64,000 bases of DNA from the human T2T-CHM13v2.0 reference genome, Homo sapiens (GCF_009914755.1 NC_060931.1); one strand, 5' to 3'; positions 13,801-28,606 are shown, numbered from the stretch's first letter. The notes: generated from the sequence alone by a model not told the origin. Made by a program: numbers and translations.

Positions 13801-15836
13801 TTTACTCAGTTGATTTATAGTGTTACTGGGGTCAAGTATGTCTTTAACCAAGTTTCTGCCTGTGGATCTGCCCATTTCTGACAGAGGGGTGTTGAAGTCT
13901 CCAAGTATAATAATGGATTTACCTATCTCTTCTTGCAATTCTATTAGTTTTTGCCTCACATATAAGGATGGTCTGTTGTTAGATGTGTACACATTAAGCA
14001 CTGTTTTATATCCTTGGAAGATTGACCCTTCTATCATTATGTAATGCCCCTTTAGTAAATGTCCTAGATTTTGCAATATACTTTTACAACTAATCTGTGA
14101 CCACTTTCCAATAATGGTGTGCCACTTGGTGAATAGGGCAAGTGTCTTATAAAATAATCCTAATTACTCCCTCCCATCCCTTAGGTCATTGTCATTCATT
14201 TCACTATGTAAGCACACAATCAGATACATCGTTGCTATTATTGTTTTGAACAAAGTTACCTGTTAGATTCAGAAAAATAAATTTTACCTTCACTGCCTCC
14301 TCAACTGAAGTTTTTCCTTTATGTAGATCCATGTTTCTGACCTATATAAATTTCTGGAGAAGATTTTGAACATTTTTTTACAAGGCAGGTCTACTGGCAA
14401 AAAATTTCCATTTTTGTTTGTCTGCTAAAGTCCATTCCTTCTTTACTTTTGAAAAATAATTTTGCTGGGAACAGAATTCTAGGGTGGTAGGTTTCTTCAT
14501 GCAAACATTCTTTAAATATTTTATTTTCTTCCTGCCTGCATGGCTACTGAAGAGAAGTGAGATGTAATTCTATGGGTAAGGTGTTTATCTTTTCAGTATA
14601 TTTTTCTTGTCTTTTGCTTTTGTGTAGCTTGAGTATAATATGCTTAGGTGTAGTTTATTTGGAATTTATACAGTCTGGTATTCCTGAAGCTTCCTGGATC
14701 TTTGGTTGGTTTCTAACATTGATTCGGAGAAATTTCCAGTCATTGTTACTTCAAATACTGCTTCCATTCCTTTCTTCTTCTGGTATGCTCATTATATGTG
14801 TGTTATGTGTTTTACAGTTGCCCATGATTCTTGGATATTCTGTTATTTCCTCCATCTTTTTCTCTTTGCTTTTCAGTTTTGCAAATTTCTATGAAGATAT
14901 ATACTCAAGCTGAGATAGTCTTTCCTCATTCATGTCTAGTCTACCGATAAGGCATCAAAGGGATTCTTCATTTTTATGATAGTGTTTCTGATCTCCAGCA
15001 TTTCTTTTTGGTTCTTTCCATTTCCATCTCTCTGCTTACACTGCCTACATCTGTTCTTGTTGCTATCTACTTTAACCATGAGAGTCCTTGTCATATTAAT
15101 CATAGTTGTTTTAAATTCCCAGTTGGGTAATTTCAATGTTGCCATATCTGGGTCTGGTTCTTATGCTCACTATTTCTTATACTTCGTAAATTTTCCTTGA
15201 TAGCTGGACATGATTACTGGGTAAAAGAAACCAAGGTAAATCGGACTTGTACTTTCACTTTCTCAGTTCTCTGCCTCTCCCCAGAGGATGACTAGAGTGG
15301 TATGGAGTTGAGTGGGAAAGGATGGAGTTGGGTAAGGACAATAGTTTAGGCCTTTATAAGACAATTTTTGAGGGTGGGCCTCCTCGTTAAGAGCAGAATG
15401 CTCTAGCATTTTTCAGAATGGTTGTTTCCCTTCCTCCATAGGAAGCACAATAAGATTTTTCTCCAGTACCCATTTTAAGAACCTGGTCAAGCTCCTGGAA
15501 GTAAAACTCATAAGACTGTGGGGGCTCCCCTTTGACTGGGTCCTCCTGAAGCTAACTCACACTTGTCTATACTGAGTCTCTAGCAATTCTTCAATTATAA
15601 TTTAGGTTTTCCTACCCTGTCACTATTTCCCAAGGAGATTTCTGCTCTGGTAAATTGTGATTTTCTGTAGTCACCTGTCTGTCTCTCCAGTTTTGAGGAC
15701 AGCAATTTGCCCTGTGTCCTCACCCCTCTGAAAGATATGAAAAGTTTATTTTTCAATTGTTCAATATTTTACTTGTTAGGAAGGAGTAACAACTCCTAAG
15801 CTCCCTACATGCCATGCAGGAAACCAGAAGTCCCCC
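10815..15836 (-). mobile_element. L1MC1-like LINE-1, ancient, 5'UTR to 3'UTR with internal deletions (sense to CRPPA)
   Basis: Reverse L1MC1 3'UTR (acattgacacatcattatca) at ~10960. Decayed ORF2 peptides in the track ([13 protein letters not shown]; IIILGDFNTPLSEM). ORF1 and 5'UTR toward 15830. Confidence 0.88.
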
Positions 15837-16261
15837 ATGCACTCTTTTTCAGGAAACTATAGTAGGACATGGTAATCTATAAAATTGAGAGAGATAAAAT
15901 GAGAAAATGACACAGGATACAGATATTCTATACAGAAGAGGAACAAAGGGAGTTGCTAGGACAGTGGTGAAGAAAAACCTCAAGATGATAGCTGTGCAGG
16001 TGGCAGAATAAGAAGCCAGGTAGGAGGGGTTAAGAATGAACAAAATCTCTCTGGAAGGTCTCAGAAAAAATGAGTTATCTCTGGGAGACAGAAGAGGACA
16101 GGGCTGGCATGAAGACTTTATTTTTGTACCCTTTGCCATGTACACACTATTCTTTTATTACTTCTTGCCCAAAAAAGTTATATTGTCATGTTATGTAATG
16201 TTTAAATTATATGTCTTATGTAGTAAAACATGTTATATTCCTGAAAAACATGCTTATGAGT

Positions 16262-16309
16262 TATGGTTTTGTTCCTGAACATATATATGGTTTTGTTCCT
16301 GAACATATA
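16262..16309. repeat. Perfect 24-bp tandem duplication
   Basis: tatggttttgttcctgaacatata x2. Confidence 0.95.
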
Positions 16310-16365
16310 GATTTAATCAGTCTCATGTTCTGGTGGTATTTAAGTTACAGATCATTTAAAATTTA

Positions 16366-16669
<304 letters not shown>

Positions 16670-16924
16670 TTATTTAAAAATCTAAACACCCGATTGTAAA
16701 AATAATACCTATGTATTATTGCTATATTATAAAATTTTAGATCTGGCTACCATCGTGATAAACACAGGGTATTCGTTTTCTTACATGCCAATCAGCTTAG
16801 TTTTTTCTAATAGTAATTTAAAGCAATGTATAAACTGTACATTACAACTCATAATATGTCCTTGAATAGGATTTGCTTCATAAAAGTGTACATGCATTCT
16901 CATGAATATGAGGCACCATTACCA

Positions 16925-17145
16925 ATTGATTAAGAGCATGGACACAGAAGTCAAATAGACTTGGGTTCCAACCATGGTGTTGCCATGTAACAAGTTGTCA
17001 GACTCTGGACAAGCTATTCAATCTGCCTCTCAGCTTCTTCCACATTGGGGAATGGAAGATAAAAGTTATTATAAAAAAACAAACATAACAGCACATCTGA
17101 TGTACCTGGTATAGTGTCTAGCTTATGACAAGTTCTTGATAAAAT
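16925..17145 (+). mobile_element. MIR
   Basis: taagagcatggac...agacttgggttcca...ggacaagctattcaatct...ctcagcttcttc matches the MIR core. Confidence 0.75.
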
Positions 17146-17346
17146 CTAAATAATCATTGGTTATAAATGTAAATTGTTAACCCTAAAAATTGAGGTTTAA
17201 ATGTTACCAGATGCTAATCAGTAACATCTGATGGTTGTGTAGAGGCATTCTACTTTCTCTGCAGGGAGATTGAGGGTTGCTCTGACAATATGCATCATCT
17301 TCTCCTTCTGCTTTTTCTTATATCTAATGTCCATTTAGAAAAAGGG

Positions 17347-17750
17347 TAGATTCATTCATGTTGTTAAAAATAGTGGGATTTATTTCTTTTGTGGCTAAGT
17401 AACATTCCAGTGGGTGCACATGTGATCACATTCTATCTATTCATCAATGGACACAGGGTTTTTTCCATATCTCGACTACTGTGAACAATGCATCAATGAT
17501 GTTTCAATGAATATGGGAGTGAGGTGCTTATTTCATTTCCTTGGGACACATCCAGAAGTGAAATTGCTAAATTATATGTGAGTTCTATTTTCAATTGTTT
17601 GAGGAACCTCTGCATTGCTTGCTTTAATGGCTATACCAATTTATATCCCCACCAACAGAGTATCAAAGTTCTCTTTTGTCCATACCCTCACCAACATTTG
17701 TTATTTCTCTAGTCTTTTTGATAATAATCATTCTAACAATTGTGAGATGA
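17347..17750 (-). mobile_element. L1MA/MB 3' fragment
   Basis: ttcattcatgttgtt...agttctattttcaattgtttgaggaacctc...cccaccaacagagtat matches the reverse L1 3' region. Confidence 0.8.
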
Positions 17751-18279
17751 CCCTTGTCTTCACTTGAACAACTGGTTTATGTAATCAACCTGGAAACTTG
17801 GCTTTACTTCTCTCATGGCTCCTCTGGAATTTTCATTGTCAACACAGTCTCTAACTGGAAGCTCCATCCGTCATCTCTCTTACTTTCTCCTAACCTAGCC
17901 CTTTTACCTCACTGAGGCATCCAACCCCGTGAAACCTCCAATTGCTCTTGGTTAGAAAACCTATTTTCTTAGACTACTCTTATCAACAAGGAGACTATGG
18001 TTAATGGCATGAATAATTTTATTAGTAGCACCCCAACTCTCTTGTCCATCCATTAGATCTTCTTTACAAACCCTAATCTCAAAATCACGTAATCTGTTTT
18101 ACTATCTTAACTTTTAGCTTATGCTTTTATCAGTCACACATGCACATGGTTTAAAGACCCAAATATCTCTACAAGGTCAGTTATGAAAAAAAGTCCAACC
18201 CACTCCCTTCACTCCACTTTGTCCTCCCTGTAGGCAATCATTGTTCATATTTAACTATTCTTATATTTTTCTCCATATG

Positions 18280-18700
18280 TAACAATTTTTGCTGAGTAAC
18301 AAATATGTACAAAAAAACCTCAGTGGCATGTAGCAATAAATTTTCACTTCTCACTCACACAGTTGTATCATGGCTGAGGTAACTCTGCTCCAAGCTACAG
18401 GGCTGTGAGAGCTCTGCTCCTTGGGTTTACTCTGCAGCTCAGACTGGAGGGGCAGCAACCAACCAGACCATGCCTTCCTTAAAGCAATAAAAGTAGCAAA
18501 AGAGGGCAAGTCCAACAGCACAAGCACACATTTGGCCCTCCACCTATATCAATCACATCTGGTAAAAATCTCACTTCCAAAGCAAGTCAGGCAACCAAAT
18601 CAAGGAGAAGGGAAACAAACTTAATTCACCAGGAGGCCACTGCAAGGGCACAAAAGTAGAATACTATTGCTGAGGACTGAAGAATTGAGACTAATAATTT
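18280..18700 (-). mobile_element. Old MLT1(J/K)-type LTR
   Basis: gctgagtaacaaa...cctcagtggcatg...gagggcaagtccaacagcacaagcacat resembles an old MaLR LTR. Confidence 0.5.
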
Positions 18701-20111
18701 ACCTTTCATTCTGTATCTCTAAATTACATTCTTGTGATGCTGTCTCTCGACTTTTCCATCTTGGCTATCATCCACAGAAGACTTTTGTCCTTCTTCCCAA
18801 CTTCATCTCAATATACCCTAACACTTCCCATTCCCCACCCTTTCAATATCATAATTTTGGTTAAATCAGTATTGAGTGTTTAAATCAGTGGCTATGTAAA
18901 CACAACTCATAGCTGAGTCATATATTATTAAAATTTGTTTCCTATACAACTCTGTTGCCCTGGAATTATAGCTTATCTTTTGTTTTATGTGGTTTTCTGT
19001 ATGCTTATGACTCATTCAATGCCAAACACTTAGCTATTCATTTAAATCTACTCTCAAGATGTTCAGACACAAGGTATTGCACCAATTTTATATTCCTGAA
19101 AAGGTCACCCTTGAAGTCCTCTGATCTTTTCCAACAGACTTGTTGTCTTCTCTGCCAGTCATTCAGCCATCATCCTAGGAACTCCCTACATCACCGTCTT
19201 GGAAAGAGTCTTCATCTCTCTCCCAACATGGATCCCCTAGCTTCTGTATCCCGTGCAGTCTGCTTCCTTGATCGACTCATTTTGCAACTCTGATTTTGGA
19301 GGGTTAGAACAAATTCTCCAATAGCTTTCTGTAGAGTGATTGGGTTAAGGTGTTTATGGGTACCTCTGAGGTTAGTATTTTTAGGTCTTTCTTCCTACAC
19401 TGGACAGACTGCCCAAAGAAAATTCTTCTAGTCTCCAGTCTGGAAAAAAAAGCCAAGCCACGAAGATAGCAGCTGGCTGAGTGGGAGAAGCAGCCATGGG
19501 CTTTCCTATTCGGCAGTCAGTAGGCATATGGTTGTTAGTCACTGTTTCTGGCAACACACTCAGTCCTTCTACAGCATCCTATGTTCTCCCGGTATAGACA
19601 GAGAACTTCATCACCACCTGCCTCTGCTAGGGTGGTCATAGATTAGGAAAGGAGATTTAGAGATCAGACTGCTTAAACAGTTTTCAGCCAACCCTCCTTA
19701 TTTTGTCCCCCTTCATTCCGTTCCAGAGGTACCTGGTGCTGCTAGGTCCTGGACTTTGAGAATTCTACAGCAAACAGTTTTAATTCCTAGCTTGCCCCAA
19801 CTATTTGCTTGTAATTTGGCCTTCTCCAAGCTGCATCTGTTAGTACTAATTCACTTGTTTTCCAGCTATTCTTCATTTGTCATTGTCACCTCTCCTATTC
19901 TTTTGAGGATTTGTCATTTTTAATCCCTTTCTAGTAGCTTTAATGAGGTTTGAGTTATGAGCAAAATTAGGTAACTGCTCAGTTTGCTATCTCTACCCAG
20001 AAACAAGAGAGAAACAAGATAATGTGCATTCTAATTAGATAAATATTCCAAATTGTCTTCCATAAAAGTGGTTTCAATTTATGTTTGCATAAACAATGTA
20101 TGAGAATATGG

Positions 20112-20260
20112 CAGGGTTATTAACATGAGGTAAATGAATATGACTCAGAGGGACTGGAAAACTTCTGAAAAAATATTGTATATATAATGCAATTATTTTT
20201 CTGAGAAGGGATTCTACAACTTTCAGAGGTTTTATAACAAAAAAAAGTTAGAAACCGTTG
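20112..20260. mobile_element. Degraded hAT-Charlie MITE
   Basis: Termini cagggttattaac ... gttagaaaccgttg resemble Charlie-type TIRs. Confidence 0.45.
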
Positions 20261-21699
20261 TTTTATGGTAACCACATAATGGTCCACGGCTACAGATAAT
20301 CTGATTACCTATCCTTCCAGCCTTAACATCATTCACAGTATTATTTCTGCTAGGCAGCCTGGGAAGTTTGCCCAACCAAGAACAATATATACATTAGAGT
20401 AAAACTAAATCAAAGGTATGCATGCACAGGTTTCTCACTCTGCAGTTATAGCCCCATGCTCACAATGTTTCAAGTAGAAACAAAATAGACAATCTTACAA
20501 CTAGGTAAACAATGAACACCTGCATCCGATTTATCACCTAAAACTCAAACTTAAGCATTTTGCATATATTTACATTGTTTGAATTATGCAATGTATTTTG
20601 GGATTTCATGAGAGACAGTTATCCAAGCAGCTTTGTTCTCATATCAGTCATTTTATGAGTAAATAAACAATTTCAGACTAAGTCCATATGAGGCTGATAA
20701 TATAGCTACAACCATCACTCTTCCAGAAACAGTATGAATGATCTGGCTAAGGATAAGATTTCTTCTTTGAGTAAAATTATTTAAATGGGCAGAGACAATT
20801 ATATTCACGAGAAGTTTTCAAATGCCTATCAGTGGGGAAAAAAATAAGCTTATCAGTTTATTCAAATTTTTCTAGCCCCACCTAACCAAAAATCCATTAC
20901 AAACTTAGAGGCAACACCACCCATATCTATCAAACACTGCCTAGATAATTCTTTTTCAGAGTCCAAATAATTGGGGGAAAGAAGTAATACAGGAAACAAT
21001 GTTATCAGTAACCCTATAACTGTCTTTTTAGACATTTCTACTGACCTTCATATCAAACTATTAAAAGCTAAGAATCTCCCTAAAATGCTTTACCCTATCA
21101 TAACTTATTTGATAAACTCATCAAAAGTGAGACAACAAAAGAAGAAATTAAAATATTTCCCTAACACACGAATTATTAACCTTATATGACAACACTGAGT
21201 AGATATATCACATGTGACATATCTAACCCCAATGTAAATAACTTAGGGAAAAAAAATCAAAACTATCACCATTCAACCCCAAAGGAAAGGTGTGGTTTAT
21301 ATTCATACAAGGAGAACCATTACAATGCTGTTGGCCATAATCTCACTAACAGGTTATGAGAATCTGAAATAAGTCCAAGAAATATAGGGAAGGGAGGGCC
21401 CAGATCCAGAAATTGTTTTATTAGCAACAGGACTGGTGACATCATTACTCAAGTTGGATGATGTAGCAGAAAGAGTAGGTCTGTTGGTTAGTTGGAGGAA
21501 CCAATTGGATTTAAGTTACCCATAGGACAACCACTAAAAGTATTCATAGGCAGTTAAAAATATATGCCCAGTATGTATTGGAGAAACATGAAAAAGAATA
21601 ACTGGAAAACTGAGGAACGTCTATCCTTTTCCGAAGAAAATATTTATGGAAAATTTGCCAGGCAATATACTAAGTCCTGAGAAAGATGGTGAGGCTTAG

Positions 21700-23490
21700 G
21701 AAAAACCATACAAGCAAATGAAATAAAAGGCACTGTAAAAGAAAAAACAAAGTACTGCTGGCCAACAGAAGAAACTAAAAGAGACAAGAACATTCTACTC
21801 TGGAGCCAGAAAGATCCTAGCCCTGATGACACCTCAATTTTGGACTTTTAGCCTCCAAAATGCGAGATAATACATTCCTGATTTTAAGTCACTCAATTTT
21901 GAAATCTTTTTACAATAGCCCTAGGAAACTAATATATTACCCCTCAAAAATGAACACAAAATACCAAATCTAATATACGTAATATTGGCTTTGGAAGCTG
22001 GCACCAGGAGGCAAAGAAATAAAAGCGGAAGGGAAACCGTTGTTATGTAGTGGCACAACTTTGGAAGGGCCTGTGATGACTTAGAAGATAATTTAATCAA
22101 TTTACTAACTTGGGCAAGATAGCTTTCAGAAAGAAGCCTGAAAGCATGAACTGGCATCTTTAAGGTGAATATGTTAAGGTACCACACAAATGAGAAGGCC
22201 TAAGAACTGGCCAGTTTGTAAACAAATTTGAAAGGAATTTGAGCCCAGAATATGACAGCCTAGAAAAACAGAACTCTAATCTCCCATTTTCGCCAAAAAC
22301 AATTCTCAAAATAAGAAAATCCTGAGGGTGTAGATGAAATCCAGGGCTCTGGAGGCCAATTCCAGGAAGCAGAGAACTGGGACTTAACTAAGGAATAATC
22401 ACTATTTTTAGGGTAAGGAAACCTGACAACATTTGTTGAGCAGGATTTCAAAATTTCTACAGACCAGTGATTGGTATTTGCTTCCTATTCTTACCCCATT
22501 TGAGGGAGAGTATTCAATGTGATTATTCCATATAAGTTCCACAACCGTATATTGGGTATATAGTGAACAGTGTATCAGTCCGTTCTCATGCTGCTATGAA
22601 GAAATACCCGAGACTTGGGAATTTATAAGGAAAAGACGTTTAATTGACTCACAGTTCCACATCACTGGGGAGGCCTCAGGAAACTTACAATTATGGCAGA
22701 AGGTACCCCTTCACAGAGTGGCAGGAGAGAGAATGAGAGCAAGCTGGGGAAATGCCAGATGCTCATAAAACCATCATATCTCATGAGACTCACTCACTAT
22801 CATGAGAACAGCATGGGGGAACCGACCCTATGATCTAATTACTTCCACCTGGTACCGGCCTTGATACATGGAGATTATGGAGATTACAACTCAAGATGAG
22901 ATTTTTGGGTGGGGACATAGCCAAACCATACGAAATAGAAAACTTCATTTTTAATTCACAAGTCTCCAGATAAAGAGATGCTGAGCATGATGGTGTGACT
23001 AGATGAGAATTTAAGGGGTCCTGGGATATTATGCAGCATATTTAATGTCAAAGGGATATGACCTAACTCTATACACTTGCCCTTATCTATAACCTTTGCC
23101 AGGTAACTTTACATTTTTCCCTACTAAGGGGTAAAATAAATTTCCCCACCCCTTGATTTTAGGTTTGGTCATATGATTGTCAATAGAATGAGGAAGAAGT
23201 GACAGTATACCAGTTGCAAATCTAGGCTCTAAGAGGCCTTGTATGTTTCTATTCTTGTACCTCTGCTATCTCCATGAGAAGAACATGGTTGGATAATCTG
23301 CTGGTCAAAGAAGGATGAAAACAAACTAAAGCAGAGCCATCCTGCCAAGTCCGTTTATTGCCAAGTCCACTCCAAATCAGAGAACCTCAGCTAATCCACA
23401 GAGGCATGAACATAATTTGTCAGTAAGCCACTATCTTTTTGTATATTTTATTACATACCTTTTGTGTAACAAGAGCAAACTGATATAATT
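21700..23490 (+). mobile_element. MaLR cluster: MLT1 LTR 3' end, MLT1 internal sequence and MLT1H-like LTR
   Basis: LTR end ttggacttttagcctccaaaa...ccctaggaaactaatata (~21935). Internal-like ttgttatgtagtggc segment. LTR ccaccccttgattttaggtttggtcatatga...ccatgagaagaacatg. Confidence 0.6.
22571..22933 (-). mobile_element. THE1C-like solo LTR
   Basis: tgtatcagtccgttctcatgctgctatgaagaaatacccgagac...ggggacatagccaaaccata. Near-TSD aacag/aatag. Confidence 0.9.
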
Positions 23491-23509
23491 GCTTAAGAAG
23501 ATGTTTAAG

Positions 23510-23880
23510 ATTAGCCAAAAATGAGAAAGCATAATGAACAATCCATAGTAAATTAATGCAATCAACAAAAGTAAAAAACTACAGATACAGGAAATAGAAA
23601 TCAATCTCAAACATTGTGCAAAAAAAAGCACATCACACAAATATATTACCAGTGTTATTCTATTCATAAACACATTCGAAACTAAGCAGCTTTGAAAGCA
23701 CCTACATACGTGGTAAAACTGTAGAGAAAAGCAAAGAAATTAACAGAAAATTAAGGACAGCAAATAGGAAGGAAGGGAACACAATCAGTAACACGGATGC
23801 AAATAGGAGGAAGCAGAGAAGATGTCCATGCACTGGCGACGTTCTATCTTGTGAGATGGATCATGACCACAAAATGAAAC
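23510..23880 (+). mobile_element. L1ME 3' fragment
   Basis: aatctcaaacattgtg...tattctattcataaac...acatacgtggtaaaactgtagagaaaagcaaag resembles an L1ME 3'UTR. Confidence 0.55.
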
Positions 23881-26800
23881 ACCTCTTATTTGTCTTTAAA
23901 TCAGTTGACCAAATGGATAGGATACATGCTGAAGAATGTGTTATTGCACACATACACACAAAAGCCTTCCTGACAGGGAATGGACTAAGGCCTTCATGTC
24001 CCTCCCTCACTGGCTGAGAGCTAAGATGTGGTCCCCTAGTCAAGATGAACTCCATATTACAGACAGCTGCAGACTGGTGAGCCACTGTTTAAAGGTAATA
24101 GGTCAGGATGGTCTGACGACACTAGAAAACAAACCTCCTCAGCATCAAGAAGTTGAGATCATTTCATTTGTTTTCAACAACTACAAAAAATGGGTAACCA
24201 CACAGCCTAATGAACCAGTTTGCTGTTTCTCTAAACATTCTGTCGATTCTAACATGGGCCAGCAGAGAATGTAATTGGCAAACACCAACTCCTCTGGCCC
24301 ATCACACCTGACTTTGGGCACTGGCCTTTGATGCAGTTAGACCTCAGCAACAACACACTGTATTCAAGGGCCACTACTTTGGCCCTTGCCACCTTGAAGG
24401 CACCTCTAGTACAGATGGAGGGAAATAAATTGTACATTACCATCAACAAGGTCTGGAGACTACACTCTTTAAATCACTAACATCATTATCTGCTCATGAC
24501 ATAACAACACAACTATAAAAGGCACTGACAAAAATGAGATGAAACCAGAATTATCTCAATAGTGAAGATACCCAAAACATGGAGTCTGCAATCTTTGACT
24601 AAATTTATCCACTTTTGCTCCCATACTTGGAACATCAAATGAGATAATGTACTTGTAATGTTTTACAGTTGACTATACTACAGATATTGAGTACTCGCCC
24701 TGTCCTCATCCTTTTTTAAGGAAATGTCTAGATGACAATTCCTGCTAAGGATGGTGCAGCCTTGTTTCTTGTCATTCCCTGCCTGCCACTCACCTCCACT
24801 TCTGCTAATTCGGCTACTGATGTAGACTTATTCTGAAAGCAGCAAACTTTTTGCTTCTGTTGAATTCATAAACACATTTCAAAACTAAGCACTGACCCAT
24901 CAGATAATCAATGACTTATAATCTGGATGAACTGGTTGGCAAAGATGACTAAATCATGTTCCATCTGCAAGAAATTTGAACTACAACATAAAGAATTCAC
25001 AAGTTGAGAAAGGAAGTCAAACCTTAAATGCTATGTACTCCTTCTTTGAGCTGGAGAACGATGGAAACTAAAGCAGAAATTACACGGAAACAAACCATAG
25101 ATTAGACAGATTAAGCAGTTGGGAAAATTAAAAATAGATTTGTCATAAGGAAGGAAAAAGCCTAGAAATAACTCAGGCCTCAGCAACTTGCCAGTTGCCA
25201 ATTATATTTTTCCAATAACATGTCTTTCTTCAAAATGGAGTCTCTTTTCCTTGCAAACACAAGAGCTACTCAGGAAGATTCCATGGATATTGGACTGTTT
25301 CAGGAACAATAAGAACTATCAGAGGCAATCATCTCAAAACACTCCTGAAAGAGTGATGACTATATAACTTTGACAGCATCACTGACAACCATTTGTAAAT
25401 GTGCCAAAGTACCAAAAAACCTTTTCCAAGACAAAACAAGGAATTATCAGAATGAAAGTTTGTATGTATACCATTTAGATATTCCATTCACAGGACATTT
25501 AAAATCTCCATAATGGCTCATCATCTGCTTGAACTGTGATGGAATCTTGTGATATGCATAATGGTCTTAAGATACCCTATGAAACAAAGGATTTGATTTT
25601 TAACATTAAAGTGCACTGATACAATGGAATCCACCACCACACAACTAACATCAACAGGAATGTTATTTATTCACTTTAGAATAGCATCTTGGTTATATGT
25701 AGTAAAATTGGCAACACAATAAAGGGATAAGCTATCCAAGAACTACTGTTAAAAACAACCATCATGCATAACAATCATGGTCTAGTAATACGCTTTATTA
25801 AAAAAGATTAGAATGTTTTAACATATGTAAATATGCTTTAAGTAAGAAAATCTCAAAAAAAAAAAAAAAGCTCAGTGACAGTACTAAGGCTGAAACATAG
25901 GACACCTATCTACCTCCAACTCCAAGTCCTCTGAAAGAGCTATATATTCCCTCCCTGGATAATAAATATTTCCTCAGTGTTGACATTTATTCCTTGGTAT
26001 TTAATGTAAGCAAAAGCATATTCTCTCCCAAAGGATTATCATGATATTAAACAGACATCTAACAGACACAAGCCTAGATCAAATACAAAGACAGGGGAAA
26101 AAATAAAACCCAGCTTGCTGATTAGCTTTCACTGTGATGATATCAAGGCTAGGAAACATATGTAGATATTGAAGGAGGAAATCCCTCTTAAAGTAGATGT
26201 CATGGAATAAAATAGATCATCTGTCCTACAAAGCCAGTCAAAGAGCTCTGTTCCTCTAGAGAATCCTCCTGTGAGCAGAGGATTTAATAACCATCAAGTT
26301 CATTATGAGCTAAAATTATCTTAATTTGTAGGCACTGGGACCACAACAAAAACTGAAGCAATATTCCTGGAAAAAAGTGATGAAGTTGATGTTAAATAAC
26401 TTTTTAAAAATTCTGTGTATATTATGTTCTGAAGTTAAAGAGATTCAGTACCTATCTACTACTAGTTCTTGCCCAATCCTATAGCATTTGTTAAGTAGTT
26501 GTGTGATTCTCTTTTTCGCCAATAACTATAATCCTTGTGAAAGATCTCAGGATGATTACACTAGAGACCAAATGTTCTCTCTTCATCATCCAAATGTATA
26601 GCAAAAAGGTACAACAAACTTCCTTCCCTGATATAATTCCAAATTGGACCAATTTGGGAGCAATTTTGTCAAGAGCCTAAATACTATCAAATCACAAAAA
26701 TGCTATTTGTATTTTCACTAGCCAGTACTCCTTTTCTGGCTGTCCTGATGCAATGTATAAGAAAAAAGTAGGAGATTGGGTCTTACCATCTTTCCATGTT

Positions 26801-27103
26801 AGAACAGTGAAAATTAGTGTCTGGAGTAAGACATGCTAGCTCGTTTTTGCCACAACTTAACTTTTTGTTCTATTTTTCCCCAGGAGAGTAAAAATATTTC
26901 ATAGGATCTTTACCAACACCTGCCTCAAACAAACAGTTCTTTTGCTTTCTCTTTTCTCAAGAATGGAGATATCTTCAACTCACTCCAGGTAAAACTGATT
27001 ATCTTCAAGTAGAACTCAACCTTAAAAAAAGCTAAGGAACATGGCTGGCCCTCACCCTTTGTTCAACATGCATCCTGTGCAGACAGGTAAAGAGTAAATC
27101 CAA

Positions 27104-27416
<313 letters not shown>

Positions 27417-28276
27417 AAAGAGTAAATCCAAGACCACAACTGTCAAGGAGATACACATGCTCTTCCCAGGGTAAGATATTCCTACATTCATACATTCAAT
27501 TTATTAAAAATGTTCAAATTAAACTGTGGCTTTTATCTTAAAATTGATGCTTATTAAGAAAACCTATCAATATAGGCACTGAAGGGGGAAGGAGCTCCTT
27601 GCTTTAGTAATAAAGGGGCAACATGCAACACATACTCCTTCTGCTTGCTTTGCATGGAAGTGGAAATACACATCTGATCTAGGTGTGTCCCCAACACCAA
27701 CTTGCTACAAAAAGCTAGAACATAGTCACCACCACATATTGTCTTTGCCCAAAGCTAAGAAAAACCCTCCATGATTTTACTTTCTCACTTCTCCATGAAA
27801 TGCAGATGAGATTTCCTGTTTTTGTTTCTCCTTTCATCATATCTAATGCTTTTAAAATCTACATATGTATTTCACTTTATACTAGGTGACATTAATGAAC
27901 CACATGTCCATTTATTACGGAATCTTTAGGGAGATAACATCTTCTGATTTGTCCAGGATACTTAAGTCTTTTTATTTTCATGGTTTCTCCTCCTGTAGTT
28001 TGTTGTTTTATTTTTTTATTTTATTCAGTCTTCTGAAAAAGTCGAGAATCTTGCCTTTGTGCCCAAATGATTTATATACCTGGACGTTTCATTACGCAAA
28101 AATTCTAATAACTAAGCACACAATCTAAGTAGTTAACTACATTCTAAAACTACCAGTCTTGCTTTCAATTTTCTGTATATGAAAAGCACTATATAAGCAC
28201 TAAAATTATGTTAAATCATAATATTGTTAGAAATAAATTAATAAATGGTTGCTTTCTTTAAAAGAACCACAGATAA

Positions 28277-28606
<330 letters not shown>

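Noticed and set aside
25840-25876. Solo poly(A) retro-insertion (aaaatctca-An-gctca)
   Set aside because: The putative TSD is short and mismatched; simple A-run slippage explains it equally well.
26783-26790. Strong minus-strand donor ATG|GTAAGA as an extra exon
   Set aside because: No convincing acceptor at exon-like distance and no ISPD-like peptide.
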